DNA from: an uncultured virus (IMG/VR IMGVR_UViG_3300027806_000040)
Taxonomy: Duplodnaviria; Heunggongvirae; Uroviricota; Caudoviricetes
Direction: 5' to 3' (one strand)
IMG/VR virus record: IMGVR_UViG_3300027806_000040
DNA: 64,000 nucleotides
Positions 30,625 to 40,779 of this stretch are shown one piece after another. Position 1 is the stretch's first letter. The number at the start of each line of letters is the position of its first letter. Position numbers and translations under genes: made by a program. The notes under the pieces are model-generated. The model saw nothing but the letters and a program-made list of their open reading frames with translations. It made no database searches and was not told the DNA's origin.

Positions 30625-30940
30625 GCAACTTACCGTCCTCACGGAACTTGTATCCAGAAGCGAACTTCATGATGTTATTCAAATCGACTTCCATTTGGAA
30701 CGGTTCGTCCGGCACACCCATGATACAAAGGATGTGAGTCGCGACGAATCGCACGTCACAGACGCCATCAACGATCTCAACAACGTCATTGTTTTTGAGA
30801 GCCTCGACGAGTTCCTTTGTTTCTTCCATGATAAGATCGGCCAACAAGTTCCGCACCTTATCCGTCATTTGGATATTATTGCTGGTATAGCCCATCATAT
30901 CGGTGAACATTTGACACAGTTCGTAGTGCTTGCTGATCAT
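30530..30940 (-). CDS. MazG-like nucleotide pyrophosphohydrolase (PRA-PH/DR2231 type)
   Basis: LIMEE..EL...EIVDGVCD...V; N..K....REDGK.LKP. Confidence 0.8.
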   Translation of the reverse strand: MISKHYELCQMFTDMMGYTSNNIQMTDKVRNLLADLIMEETKELVEALKNNDVVEIVDGVCDVRFVATHILCIMGVPDEPFQMEVDLNNIMKFASGYKFREDGKLLKPADHPKPNLRKLLQAIFPEDMPPEGKTTC

Positions 30941-31587
30941 AGAGTTGGCAACCTTTTGTTGAGGGAGAAGTTTTCAATCATTTTCTTGTAGACCATTGCC
31001 GTGATACGTGCATCGTAGTACGCATCGTGCAATGATCCGTCGTCCACATCCAACCCAAGACGCTTGGCTACCGCTGATAACCGAATCGTGTGCGGGAAAG
31101 GAATAGACGAAGTATCAAAGTCTGCAATATCATTGATGCTGGATGCAAGGGCCATGCTGCAACGATACTGATGGAAGAAGTATTCTTCGAACAATTGTGT
31201 CCCGAACCAACGAAGCAAGAAGGCACGGTCAAAGACCCAGTTATGGGCCAATGGTGCAATTTTCTTACCTTGCGGTAGCTCAAGCCGTTCAATCCAGTTG
31301 CACACGATATCAAATGCCTTATCAGCAGGTATGCCGTGTTCAAGGATATCAAGCCACCGTTGACCGCCAATGGCTCGAATCGCTCCATCCTCAGCCATAT
31401 CAGGCCGGTTCGGACGAATCAAGATATCAAGCGGCGTAACGCCTGGCAACGGGTCTAGCGTTGCAGTGAGTGGCACGATAGCAATTTGTACCAACTCATG
31501 CACTTCGGGGTCAAGTCCCGTGGTTTCTACGTCAAGGGAACAAATTTGGTTCCCGTTGAGATGGATGAAAGTTCTTTTAACTGTCAT
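30937..31587 (-). CDS. DEDDh 3'-5' exonuclease (DnaQ-like)
   Basis: LDVETTGL, AHN..FD..FL, HDAYYDA. Confidence 0.9.
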   Translation of the reverse strand: MTVKRTFIHLNGNQICSLDVETTGLDPEVHELVQIAIVPLTATLDPLPGVTPLDILIRPNRPDMAEDGAIRAIGGQRWLDILEHGIPADKAFDIVCNWIERLELPQGKKIAPLAHNWVFDRAFLLRWFGTQLFEEYFFHQYRCSMALASSINDIADFDTSSIPFPHTIRLSAVAKRLGLDVDDGSLHDAYYDARITAMVYKKMIENFSLNKRLPTL

Positions 31588-32407
31588 ATTTGATCCAAAT
31601 ACTCTCCGTATCAAGAGGTACTGCACCTGTAGGTGTAGATGCGATCCGTACATTCCAGTTGTAACGTTCATTCCAAAACGAACAACTATCAATGTGAGGG
31701 CAAGGTCGATGCGATAGAATCACTCGTCCTTTGCACTCACTTATCAATGATAACAACTTCTTATGTTCCTCCAGTCCCCACCCATGAGCGTACCCATCTT
31801 GACCTTCATCCAGATAAGGCGGGTCAAGATAGAGAACAGTATCAGGACTATCAAAGTCTTTGATACATTGGAAACAGTCAAGATTCTCAATGAGAAACGA
31901 TTTGAAGCGGTGTGATACTGACTCAAATACTTTGAGAGCAGTATCAATCCGGTTCAAAGGCGTGGTCTGACGAGCAAACGTCGTACCGATTTGACTGAAT
32001 GATACTCGAACATGGTAGAACCATTTGGCCGCACGGACAATAGGATCAGTTTCCGTGACCCATTCTCGCCGTGCATTGGTCCATTCTTCACGGGACCAAG
32101 GGTGCATTTGGTTAATGTAGGCTTCGAGGTCGGATCGTCTGTCCCGTAAGACACGGTAAAAGTCAATCAGGCCACTGTTCCTATCATTGTAAATCTTCAT
32201 TTTACAATCGGGAACGTTCAATGATACCACACCCGTTCCACCAAACACATCAACCCAAGTGCTTTTGGGTGTGATACCCAAGCGAGGGAGAATGTATGGT
32301 AGCGAGTCAACCTTTGATCCCGGAAACGAAATTGGTGCCTTTACTATCACCGTGCGTTCTGGTTCAGTATCAGTAACATCCATGAAAAGATTAAATAACT
32401 CGTTCAT
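31577..32407 (-). CDS. dam: DNA adenine methyltransferase (Dam/D12 class; target unknown)
   Basis: PISFPGSK, VDVFGGTG, YNDRN, YLDPPY. Confidence 0.9.
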   Translation of the reverse strand: MNELFNLFMDVTDTEPERTVIVKAPISFPGSKVDSLPYILPRLGITPKSTWVDVFGGTGVVSLNVPDCKMKIYNDRNSGLIDFYRVLRDRRSDLEAYINQMHPWSREEWTNARREWVTETDPIVRAAKWFYHVRVSFSQIGTTFARQTTPLNRIDTALKVFESVSHRFKSFLIENLDCFQCIKDFDSPDTVLYLDPPYLDEGQDGYAHGWGLEEHKKLLSLISECKGRVILSHRPCPHIDSCSFWNERYNWNVRIASTPTGAVPLDTESIWIKYDS

Positions 32408-35079
32408 GCTATCCTCAAGTATTCATTGACACAGATCAACGGTGCAGACGGTTCTGCATTTTGGTCAAAGGACATATTACCCCAACACCATGTAGCTCCC
32501 TTGGTCGAACGTCCTTTCACGAACTGACTGGGCATGTGCTTTGATACTTTGGCCTTGGTCCACACGTAACGTTCAGCCGGTTCGAGCCACTCAAGATACT
32601 TGTTGTAGAAGTCCTCAAGTGTAACAGTTGACCCAGGAACATGGTAACACTGTTCCCGAATGAACGCTTCAAGTCTCGTTTGATTCGCCTCTTGAGCCAT
32701 CTGTTTATCAGCGGTCAACAAGGCTGGAAGCATCAAACGCTCGGTTGATTCGGGCAACTTGAGTTGCATCAAAGCACCGAGGAAGTCTGGAGCTTCCATA
32801 TCAAGCAGAGAAAAGAGCGTACGTTTCGGGATTTGTTGTTCCGGAGCGTTCTCAACATGTATCATAGTGATACGAGTATCACCCGGAAAGATTGGGCAGT
32901 ACGTCCGACTGTTGCAACAATGCACCCAATGCGATGTGTTTGGGGCCGTATACGGCGTACAACGCTTGTGATGAATTGATAACGTCGGACTTGTGACCCA
33001 ATCCTTGATTCGATTGTACGCATTTTTGTTATCTTGCAGGTTTCTTTCTTCGATTACGCACAAGATAGCTCCCTCAAGTTCGCCTGTAAACCCACCTGAG
33101 TTGGTCAATGCGTTCTCAGCGAACACAAAACCCGGCGAAAAGAGCGTATACAACGACTCATGGAACATACTTTTTCCCGTATTTTGGTTCTCACCATAGA
33201 TGAAAAGATACGGTAACGGCTCAAACGGGAACTGAAACATTGATGCGATCCAACACATCAAGTAATCTTCGCCCGTCTTGACGCCATTTGTTCGGCACCA
33301 TTCATTCTCATGAACGTATGCATCCACGCCTTTGCCGACGTGTTGTAAGATACGTCGCCATGTTGGGAATGATAAATTCGGGTCCATCTTCGGTTTGTAC
33401 TTGAGTTGCGGAGCCGATTTGTTCCACAATCGTCCACCGGGGTACTCAGGTTCAAAGGGCCGAACAACAAGTTTCCACGGTTTCAAAACAGAGGAGCCGA
33501 TGATAGTTTTGACCTCCCCATCCTTGATCCCCATAGACTCAAGAGCCGACTTAACGTGAACCATAGGTTCGTTGATCCAAGCTCCGTTTGAGGCAATAGA
33601 CCAACCAGCATTTTGGCCTCCGTCAGTAACGATATGACGAATGATATCATCGTAGTTACCGATTTCAACTTCCGTTTCAGAGCTACCTGTACGGGTATTA
33701 AGTTGAAAAACCTTGAGCCACATCTTACCTTTGTCGAGCCAACCTTGAATTGGTTGGTCCGTGGACTCACGCGGAATCTCAACAATCACTTTTCCGGGAC
33801 TCTTTTTCGTATTGACCCGCCCGATCCGGTGCCGAAGTAGTGCGGGAATTGATACTTGCAGCCCTAGCCGCATAAAAGCATCGGCCAATTGTTGGGAGGT
33901 TGGGAAATTGTAGTTACCCTTTTCATCCTCCAATGATCCAAACATCGCTGCGACGGTCTGGAAATCGGCCTCACGATTGAAGAAACATCGTGTCCAACCC
34001 TTACCATCTTGTACCCATGATGCATGTTCTTCTACGCCAAGTGTGTAGCGTCGTACGCTCCATGCACCGTTACGCATCGGGTACGCGAAACAATTTTGTT
34101 CGTTCAAGTTTGTTGCTGGACTGTTCGTATCGAATACGCCTCGCATATCAAGGCTTTCGTGAGCCTCTTTCAAGTGTCTCGTATGCGTCACGAGCATGTG
34201 GGTATCAGCGTCCCACCAGAAAAACTTATCATTTTCAGCCATCCAAGCCAACAACTTACGGTGTTCTTGGTCGAGCGTGATATTCTGTTTCTGGTTTGCA
34301 AGCTCGTCAAAACGTGTCAACGATTCGTCTGTTGACAACGGAGCATGACGTACACGCTTACGCTCACCTGTAACAACATCACAATGATCACGCCAGTTAT
34401 CAGGGATATCATACAAAGGTTCTCCCTGCTTGATAATTGTGAATCCATCTTCGGCCTGCTTCCTTGCCCACACCCACATGTTACCGCCGCATACGTCCAC
34501 CTTCGCTTGCAGGTCAATACCTGTTGTGCATGATAGTTTGGCGAGGATCGCACGGGCCAACGCTGCATGTTGCGTATGATTTGATACAATAGGCGACTCA
34601 CCAATGAACACATACAAGTGCAAGCCGCGTCCAGACGTTGAACGTCGCAACGTTACCCACGGCACTTGTGTCACACGTTCACGCAACTCGGACAACTCAC
34701 GTGTGTCCAACTTCTTTTGATGCTTGGAACTGTGTCCCATGATAGCATCAAAGTCAAACGCTACCCACCGAGACTTGAGTTCTTTCCAGTCCCAGCCAGT
34801 CATACCGATTGCATCAAAGTGATCAACACTGAATGTCAAGTCGGGATTATCGTATGATGGACTGCTCTTGGCGTTGTGCGGAATACGGAAACTTTTCCAA
34901 GTAGTGATGCCATCCGAGTACCCAACCCAATTGATATTCTGGAACGTACCTTCAATACGCTCGCCACCGTCAGCAGCAACGTTTACTTGGCACTCCATTC
35001 CCGCATGATACAGAGATGCTAGGTCAGGGCGTGCCCGCATCTCTAAGAATCGTTTGATAGCCTCAGTCCGAGTTGCCAT
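32404..35079 (-). CDS. AEP primase-polymerase fused to SF3/D5-like helicase
   Basis: FDFD and STSGRGLHLY primase motifs; GENQNTGKS Walker A, VIEE Walker B, GDTR. Confidence 0.85.
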   Translation of the reverse strand: MATRTEAIKRFLEMRARPDLASLYHAGMECQVNVAADGGERIEGTFQNINWVGYSDGITTWKSFRIPHNAKSSPSYDNPDLTFSVDHFDAIGMTGWDWKELKSRWVAFDFDAIMGHSSKHQKKLDTRELSELRERVTQVPWVTLRRSTSGRGLHLYVFIGESPIVSNHTQHAALARAILAKLSCTTGIDLQAKVDVCGGNMWVWARKQAEDGFTIIKQGEPLYDIPDNWRDHCDVVTGERKRVRHAPLSTDESLTRFDELANQKQNITLDQEHRKLLAWMAENDKFFWWDADTHMLVTHTRHLKEAHESLDMRGVFDTNSPATNLNEQNCFAYPMRNGAWSVRRYTLGVEEHASWVQDGKGWTRCFFNREADFQTVAAMFGSLEDEKGNYNFPTSQQLADAFMRLGLQVSIPALLRHRIGRVNTKKSPGKVIVEIPRESTDQPIQGWLDKGKMWLKVFQLNTRTGSSETEVEIGNYDDIIRHIVTDGGQNAGWSIASNGAWINEPMVHVKSALESMGIKDGEVKTIIGSSVLKPWKLVVRPFEPEYPGGRLWNKSAPQLKYKPKMDPNLSFPTWRRILQHVGKGVDAYVHENEWCRTNGVKTGEDYLMCWIASMFQFPFEPLPYLFIYGENQNTGKSMFHESLYTLFSPGFVFAENALTNSGGFTGELEGAILCVIEERNLQDNKNAYNRIKDWVTSPTLSIHHKRCTPYTAPNTSHWVHCCNSRTYCPIFPGDTRITMIHVENAPEQQIPKRTLFSLLDMEAPDFLGALMQLKLPESTERLMLPALLTADKQMAQEANQTRLEAFIREQCYHVPGSTVTLEDFYNKYLEWLEPAERYVWTKAKVSKHMPSQFVKGRSTKGATWCWGNMSFDQNAEPSAPLICVNEYLRIA

Positions 35080-35125
35080 GATATGATACCTTTGTTTGTT
35101 GGTTAAAATCGACACTTCCCGCAAT

Positions 35126-35182
35126 ATACTAACGTATGTTAGTTAAAATGTTATTCACGTTTTTGGTACGAAAATCGTGAAT
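35126..35182 (-). promoter_or_regulatory. 30-bp palindromic box plus ECF-like promoter facing the primase operon
   Basis: Box ATTCACGTTTTTGGTACGAAAATCGTGAAT at 35153-35182; the minus strand reads GTGAAT-N17-ACGTTAGTAT. Confidence 0.6.
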
Positions 35183-35518
35183 CGTTCACAAACGCGGGGA
35201 AAATGGCCGTTTCGCTCTAATGCCACAGAATAGGCCCTAGAATCGACGATCGCCATTAAACGTCCGAACATACCAACCGCCCGCCGAACGCCCGCCAGCC
35301 GGCCAGCCAGCCCGTAGAATCGACGCCTAAGCCTACCGGCTCCCGGCAGGGTGAAACCGGGAATAACGTCAACCCTGTAACAACCCCTATTCTATGTTAT
35401 TAAGTTTGGAAAATAGATTTTCTAAGGGTATACGCTCCCTAATGTTAGTTGTTATTTGTTATTCCAAGTTGGCAGTATCAGTATCCTTAGTATCATATCA
35501 TAGAAACTTTATTTTCCG

Positions 35519-35550
35519 GTGAATAAAACCGGCTCTCAACACGTTAGTAT
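35519..35550 (+). promoter_or_regulatory. ECF-like promoter facing the parB/replication operon
   Basis: GTGAAT-N16-ACGTTAGTAT; same 10-mer as at 35126 (minus strand) and 56154. Confidence 0.55.
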
Positions 35551-35679
35551 GTTGAAATGGCGATCAGGTCGATTCTCACCCGTTGAGTATCGTATCATGA
35601 GAACCGGGTAAAACCAGTATCATGGTGAGACTGGTTCAGTAAGTCTGGGTTCCGGCCCTTTTATCATGGAGAATTTGCT

Positions 35680-36699
35680 ATGTCCAATTCTGCGACCGCA
35701 GAAGCTCCTGCTATTCAGCAGGAAAGTATCAAGGTTACTGGCGACGTGAAGATGATTTCGACTGCCAAGGTTGTGCCGTCGAAGATCGCCCTTCGCGGAG
35801 TCAAGGACCAAACCGAGGAGTTCCAAAACCTGCTCAACAGTATTCGTCTGCACGGTATCATGAACAGCATCACTGTTCGTGAACTGCCGGATGGTACTTA
35901 CGGTCTGGTTGACGGTCTGCAACGTTTCACTTGTGCCCAACGCTTGGGCATGGAAACTGTTCCGGCCCGTATCATGGCGATGGACGATGCTGAGACTTTG
36001 AAGGCTCAGATCATCACCAACGTTCACCGCGTCAAGCAACGCCCTGCCGAAGTCGCACAACACCTGTTGCGTATCTTGAGCTTGGACCCGCTGCTGACTG
36101 TGAACGAACTGGCTCGCCAGATGGCTCAGTCACCAGCGTGGGTCGAACAGCAACTCGACCTCAACAACCTGTTGCCGGAAGCAAAGGTTGCGGTTGATAA
36201 CGGTTCGCTGAACCTGAGTTCGGCCTACATGCTCTCAAAGCTGCCTCTGGACCGCCAGAAGGACGAGTTCGAGAACGCATTGAAGGAACCGTCGCTCCAG
36301 TTCGTCGCTCGGATGCGGGAAGTCGTCAAGAAGATTCGTGACGACAAGAACGCTGGCCGTGATAGCGGCAAGATCGAATGGCGTCCGCCTGTCCACCTGC
36401 GTCCTTTCGCTTCCGTCGAGACGGAATACAAGGCGATTCTGGATGGCAAGGAATCCACCGTCCTCAAGATGCTGGAAGCCGAAGGCGTGAAGGTCACGGA
36501 GCAAGTCAAGCAAACCGCTCTCCGCGTTGTTGCTTGGGCTTTGCACCAAGATACTGCGACCAAGGAAGCTGCTCAAGCCGAGCATGACCGTCGCGTCAAG
36601 GCCAAGGAAGCTGAGAAGGCAGCACGTGAAGCTGAAAAGCAGAAGCAACGTGAAGCCAAGGCAGCCGAAGCCTCGACCTCCAAGACTATCTTCGAGTAG
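35680..36699 (+). CDS. parB: ParB/Spo0J-like protein 1
   Basis: SIRLHGIMNSITV, LVDGLQRF, TNVHR, HTH ELARQMAQSPAWV; GGAG RBS. Confidence 0.85.
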   Translation: MSNSATAEAPAIQQESIKVTGDVKMISTAKVVPSKIALRGVKDQTEEFQNLLNSIRLHGIMNSITVRELPDGTYGLVDGLQRFTCAQRLGMETVPARIMAMDDAETLKAQIITNVHRVKQRPAEVAQHLLRILSLDPLLTVNELARQMAQSPAWVEQQLDLNNLLPEAKVAVDNGSLNLSSAYMLSKLPLDRQKDEFENALKEPSLQFVARMREVVKKIRDDKNAGRDSGKIEWRPPVHLRPFASVETEYKAILDGKESTVLKMLEAEGVKVTEQVKQTALRVVAWALHQDTATKEAAQAEHDRRVKAKEAEKAAREAEKQKQREAKAAEASTSKTIFE

Positions 36700-36748
36700 T
36701 CGGTAGTCTTTCTCTTTCTTTTACAGTTACCAGTTAGGAGATTTTATC

Positions 36749-37402
36749 GTGAACGACCTTTCAGTTCTTTCCAATGCTGTTGCCGTTTCGTCCGTTGATA
36801 TGAAGGAATTATCATCGGTTGTCGGTGGTGGAGCCTTTCTCCCTTATATCACGCTGTGTGGATCGTCCTCCGACCTTGCGAAAGAGGGCAAAATCCCAAT
36901 GGGCAATTTCGCCCTTGTTCGAGGCAAAGATAACGCGGCCGATTTGGGCAAGACCTTCGTAATGGTGGTCTTGGCTGTTCGTCCCGTTGCTTTGAAGTTC
37001 TCGGAGGGAGATCGGTTCTACGACCCGAAGTCGGCAGAGTTCCAAGATATTCGACGCCAAGCTGACGGCCCCGGTCAAACGGGTTGTGGCTACGGCCCTG
37101 AGTTCTTGGTCTGGCTCCCAGAGCATGGTTGCTTTGCCCAGTATGGATTGTTCTCCAAGACTGGCCGTAACGAGTCGCCCAATTTGGTTGGACCATTGAC
37201 CAAGAGTGGGCCATTTGTTTGTACGCAAACCTCGCACCTTATCACTGGTAAGGGTCCGAACCCTTACAAGTGGCATGGACCGCGTACCGGCGAATACAAT
37301 CTTGACGTTCAGCTCCCAGACGTTGAAGCGGTCAAGCACGAGGTTGATAAGTTTATCAATCCGCCGGTGGTTGAGAAAGTTGACGAACAACTGGATCGGT
37401 AG
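36749..37402 (+). CDS. Putative single-stranded DNA-binding protein
   Basis: AGGAG RBS; FLPYITL..SSS....EG pattern, acidic tail, upstream of helicase/PolA. Confidence 0.45.
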   Translation: MNDLSVLSNAVAVSSVDMKELSSVVGGGAFLPYITLCGSSSDLAKEGKIPMGNFALVRGKDNAADLGKTFVMVVLAVRPVALKFSEGDRFYDPKSAEFQDIRRQADGPGQTGCGYGPEFLVWLPEHGCFAQYGLFSKTGRNESPNLVGPLTKSGPFVCTQTSHLITGKGPNPYKWHGPRTGEYNLDVQLPDVEAVKHEVDKFINPPVVEKVDEQLDR

Positions 37403-37421
37403 TCTAGTTGTCCTTTGGGTG

Positions 37422-37453
37422 GGCACACGGGTCGAAAGGCCCGTGTGTTTTTT
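37422..37453 (+). terminator. Intrinsic terminator
   Basis: GGCACACGGGTC-GAAA-GGCCCGTGTGTT followed by T-tract. Confidence 0.8.
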
Positions 37454-37768
37454 ATGTTTGCGAAATTCACTCCTGAAAAATTTAATGCCCTCTACAAAGA
37501 GGGTTTTGGCGTATCATCGTTCAACACTACCAAACATTCATGTTTGCAGTTGTTAGGCGATCCCAACGTTCATGCCTATGAGACGTACCTAAGTATCATA
37601 CCTGAGCATCAACTGTTGGACTTAATTAACAGCGGTCTTGGTCAGATAACAATCAAACGCTGCTCTCAATATCCTCACTTGTTCATGGTGGCAATCACCA
37701 CCAACGACTGGAGCCGATTAAATGCCTTCAACGTCAACCCTCCTCCGGCAGGAAAAATTCACGGTTAA
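37454..37768 (+). CDS. Hypothetical protein
   Basis: ATG just after the terminator; fills the operon gap. Confidence 0.5.
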   Translation: MFAKFTPEKFNALYKEGFGVSSFNTTKHSCLQLLGDPNVHAYETYLSIIPEHQLLDLINSGLGQITIKRCSQYPHLFMVAITTNDWSRLNAFNVNPPPAGKIHG

Positions 37769-39581
37769 GTGGATTGGACAGAAATACTACCGTGATATCG
37801 AGTGTACCGTTCGCGGTTCTCGCATCTCGGTCAAGTTCCCGTATGATAAGTTCCTACTCGATGCGGTCAAGACCTCGTTCGAGGGTCGCACGTGGGACAT
37901 GGAAAAGAAGGAATGGTCTTTTCCTATCACCCAACGCAACTTGTTTCAATTTGAATTGTTGCAAGGGAAATACGGACCAGAGCCAAAGACTAATTGGCCG
38001 GTCAACATTGAAATACAGAAAGAGGATATCGACGCGGTTATTGAAGGTCGCGGTATCACTCTCTACCAGCATCAATACGAAATCATCAGCCACATCCTAT
38101 TGAAGCGTCAGTTCCTTGTCGCGGCGGATATGGGTCTTGGCAAAACACTGTGTACTATCGTGGCAATGGAAATTCTTGCCGGTGATAGTAATCCTTACAT
38201 CTTGTGGGTCGGTCCCAAGGGGCCGTTGACCGCAGCAAGGTTGGAGTTTGCAAAGTGGCGTAGCCCTTTGCGACCAGAGTTCATGACGTATGATGCGCTT
38301 AGGATTGCGTTACAGAGGTGGGACCGACCCACTCCTCAAATTTTTGTCATGGATGAAATCTCTTGCTGCAAGACGGCGACCTCGCAACGTACCAAGGCTT
38401 GCCAGTACGTTGCGGACTCTATGCGTGACGAGAAAGTCCAGCCCATGATAGTTGGGTTGACTGGTACGCCCTCGCCAAAGACACCTGTTGACTGGTGGGC
38501 AGAGGTTGAGATCATTCGTCCCGGTTGGATCACTGAGAAGTCTCCCCGTGACTTACAGGCCCGTCTTGGCGTGTTGTCGGAGCATGATGATGGGATCACT
38601 AAGTTCAAGAAACTTGAAACGTGGAAAGATAGCACAGACAAATGCGATATCTGTGGTAAGACGGAGCAGGAACATGCAAACGCCCCTTGGGACTTCAACC
38701 ATCCGTATGTTGCCGGTTCGGATGAGGTATCAGCGTTTGGCAAACGGCTCCGTGGTCCGGTTGGAGTCTGGCTCAAGTCCGACTGTCTTGATTTGCCAGA
38801 GAAGCGTTACGAATGTATCCAGTTCGAGCCAACACAAGAAATACTATCATTGGCTCGTACCGTTGTCAACCGTACCAAACGTGCTGCGGATGCACTCATC
38901 AAGCTACGTACGCTGTCCGATGGCTTTCTCTATGAAGAAGTTGAAACGGGGTCCGAACCTTGCACGGAGTGCATCAATGGGCAGGTGAATATCAGCCCAG
39001 ATGAAATGGGACCGTGTGCCATTTGTTCCGGGTCTGGTCGTGCCCCAGTTATGACTCGCGTTACTAAGGAGTTCGCTTGTCCTAAGATTGACTTGTTGAT
39101 ACAATTGCTTTCCGAGCATGAGGAAGTTGGTCGCTTGTGCGTTTATGCAGGCTTCCAAGGTTCTGTGGATCGGATTCAAAAGGTTGGGTTACAACAGGGA
39201 TGGTCAGTGTTTAAGGCTGATGGTCGTGGGTGGTCATTCACAACTCACGAAGGCTTGATCCCAATGACTCAAGAAGCGATGGTCGAACGCTTCCAATCAA
39301 AGGATGATAGGATCATGTTCGTTGGACAACCGGGTGCAGCAGGTATGGGTCTCACCCTTACTGCTTCACCTACGACCTATTTCTACTCCAACGACTTCAA
39401 CCCACAGTCCCGGTTCCAAGCCGAGGATCGTATTCATCGTATTGGTATGGACGTTATTCGTGGCGGTCGTATCATTGATGTTATTCATCTGCCCTCAGAT
39501 GAAAAGGTAATTAACAGCCTTGTTAATAGTCGTAATCTACAAAGTATCACAATGGACGAATTGAGAGGCTACTATGTATAA
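37722..39581 (+). CDS. SNF2-family helicase with Zn-finger insertions
   Basis: DMGLGKT, MDEIS, LTGTP, GMGLTL, QAEDRIHRIG. Confidence 0.9.
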   Translation: MPSTSTLLRQEKFTVKWIGQKYYRDIECTVRGSRISVKFPYDKFLLDAVKTSFEGRTWDMEKKEWSFPITQRNLFQFELLQGKYGPEPKTNWPVNIEIQKEDIDAVIEGRGITLYQHQYEIISHILLKRQFLVAADMGLGKTLCTIVAMEILAGDSNPYILWVGPKGPLTAARLEFAKWRSPLRPEFMTYDALRIALQRWDRPTPQIFVMDEISCCKTATSQRTKACQYVADSMRDEKVQPMIVGLTGTPSPKTPVDWWAEVEIIRPGWITEKSPRDLQARLGVLSEHDDGITKFKKLETWKDSTDKCDICGKTEQEHANAPWDFNHPYVAGSDEVSAFGKRLRGPVGVWLKSDCLDLPEKRYECIQFEPTQEILSLARTVVNRTKRAADALIKLRTLSDGFLYEEVETGSEPCTECINGQVNISPDEMGPCAICSGSGRAPVMTRVTKEFACPKIDLLIQLLSEHEEVGRLCVYAGFQGSVDRIQKVGLQQGWSVFKADGRGWSFTTHEGLIPMTQEAMVERFQSKDDRIMFVGQPGAAGMGLTLTASPTTYFYSNDFNPQSRFQAEDRIHRIGMDVIRGGRIIDVIHLPSDEKVINSLVNSRNLQSITMDELRGYYV

Positions 39582-40515
39582 GAACGTTCCACTTAACGAA
39601 ATTTACTTGGACCATGAGTTCAATTGTCGCGGAAGATTTCTTCCAATTGATTGTGTCGAGTTGGCACGTTCAATACAGGAGATTGGCCTTCAACAACCTA
39701 TCACGGTACGGGAACTGCGTGCAGAAGCCAGTCCCGGTCGTGTTGGCGAAGCAGACTTGATAGCCAAGGGCTACAAGTACAAAGTCATCACCGGACACCG
39801 ACGCTTCACGGCTTGCAAGATCAACAAAGCTGAGACGGTTGAAGCTAAGATTCTTCCGGCTGATACTTACGATGCAGCTTGCGAGGATGCCAACCTTGTT
39901 GAGAACATTCAACGGGCCGACTTGACAATTGAACAAGAGGCCAAGGCTCTCAAGCGGTACGTCAATCGTGGCGAGTCTGCCCAAGCGATTGCGGATCGGT
40001 TGGGTATGTCCAACGGTTGGGTGCGAACCCGTGTGATGTTGCTCGACTTGCCGGACGAAGTGCAAACGTTGGCAGGGAAAGGCTTCATCAATCAAAATGA
40101 TATTCGGGAGCTTCATCGCCACCGTGTATCAGACCGACGGGTGATCGAACTTGCAGCCAAGTTGAGGGATGCACGTATCAACCACCAGAAGGCCAGTGTT
40201 GATCGTCTTGTGAAGAACAAGCCAGTATCAAAGAAAGAGAAAAAGGAACGTGGTCCTAACGCCGTTTCTGATTTGATGGAACAGGTTCGTTCTCTTTTCT
40301 GCTCCATCAACAGGGACATTTCAATCCCTGTCCATGATTGGGTATCAGCCGAAGGAAACAGTATCGTGACAGCGGTACTGGCATGGTCAGGAGGATTCAT
40401 CAACAATGACGAACTTTGGGATCGAATTGAGCAATTTGGAAGCACTTTCGGTGTACGAGTCGAGCGGCCCGTTTTCGCCGAGGATGAACAGACTGTTGCT
40501 GGAATCGCTAGTTAA
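39574..40515 (+). CDS. parB: ParB/Spo0J-like protein 2
   Basis: SIQEIGLQQPITV, ITGHRRF, ENIQRADL, HTH AIADRLGMSNGWV. Confidence 0.9.
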   Translation: MYKNVPLNEIYLDHEFNCRGRFLPIDCVELARSIQEIGLQQPITVRELRAEASPGRVGEADLIAKGYKYKVITGHRRFTACKINKAETVEAKILPADTYDAACEDANLVENIQRADLTIEQEAKALKRYVNRGESAQAIADRLGMSNGWVRTRVMLLDLPDEVQTLAGKGFINQNDIRELHRHRVSDRRVIELAAKLRDARINHQKASVDRLVKNKPVSKKEKKERGPNAVSDLMEQVRSLFCSINRDISIPVHDWVSAEGNSIVTAVLAWSGGFINNDELWDRIEQFGSTFGVRVERPVFAEDEQTVAGIAS

Positions 40516-40768
40516 TCCCGGACACTCCCGTTGTGATATTTGTAAATCGTATTCAATACTTTACAGTCGCAACGGGAGTCATCGTTGCAGGAAGCATTAC
40601 CCTTTGCTGCCCCGTGATAAGGATGTGACTGTTAATCTTGACTGTGGGTGTGAGTTAATAATTCACAAACGACATACTGAACTGTTATTTCGCACTTGCG
40701 GTGAGCATGATAAGAACCTCGCGTTGAGGTACTACTTTATAATGGACACAGGTGATCCAGATTTGTAA
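40484..40768 (+). CDS. Small Cys/His-rich protein
   Basis: CDIC, CRKH, CGC, CGEH. Confidence 0.5.
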   Translation: MNRLLLESLVNPGHSRCDICKSYSILYSRNGSHRCRKHYPLLPRDKDVTVNLDCGCELIIHKRHTELLFRTCGEHDKNLALRYYFIMDTGDPDL

Positions 40769-40779
40769 AAGGAGCTAGG

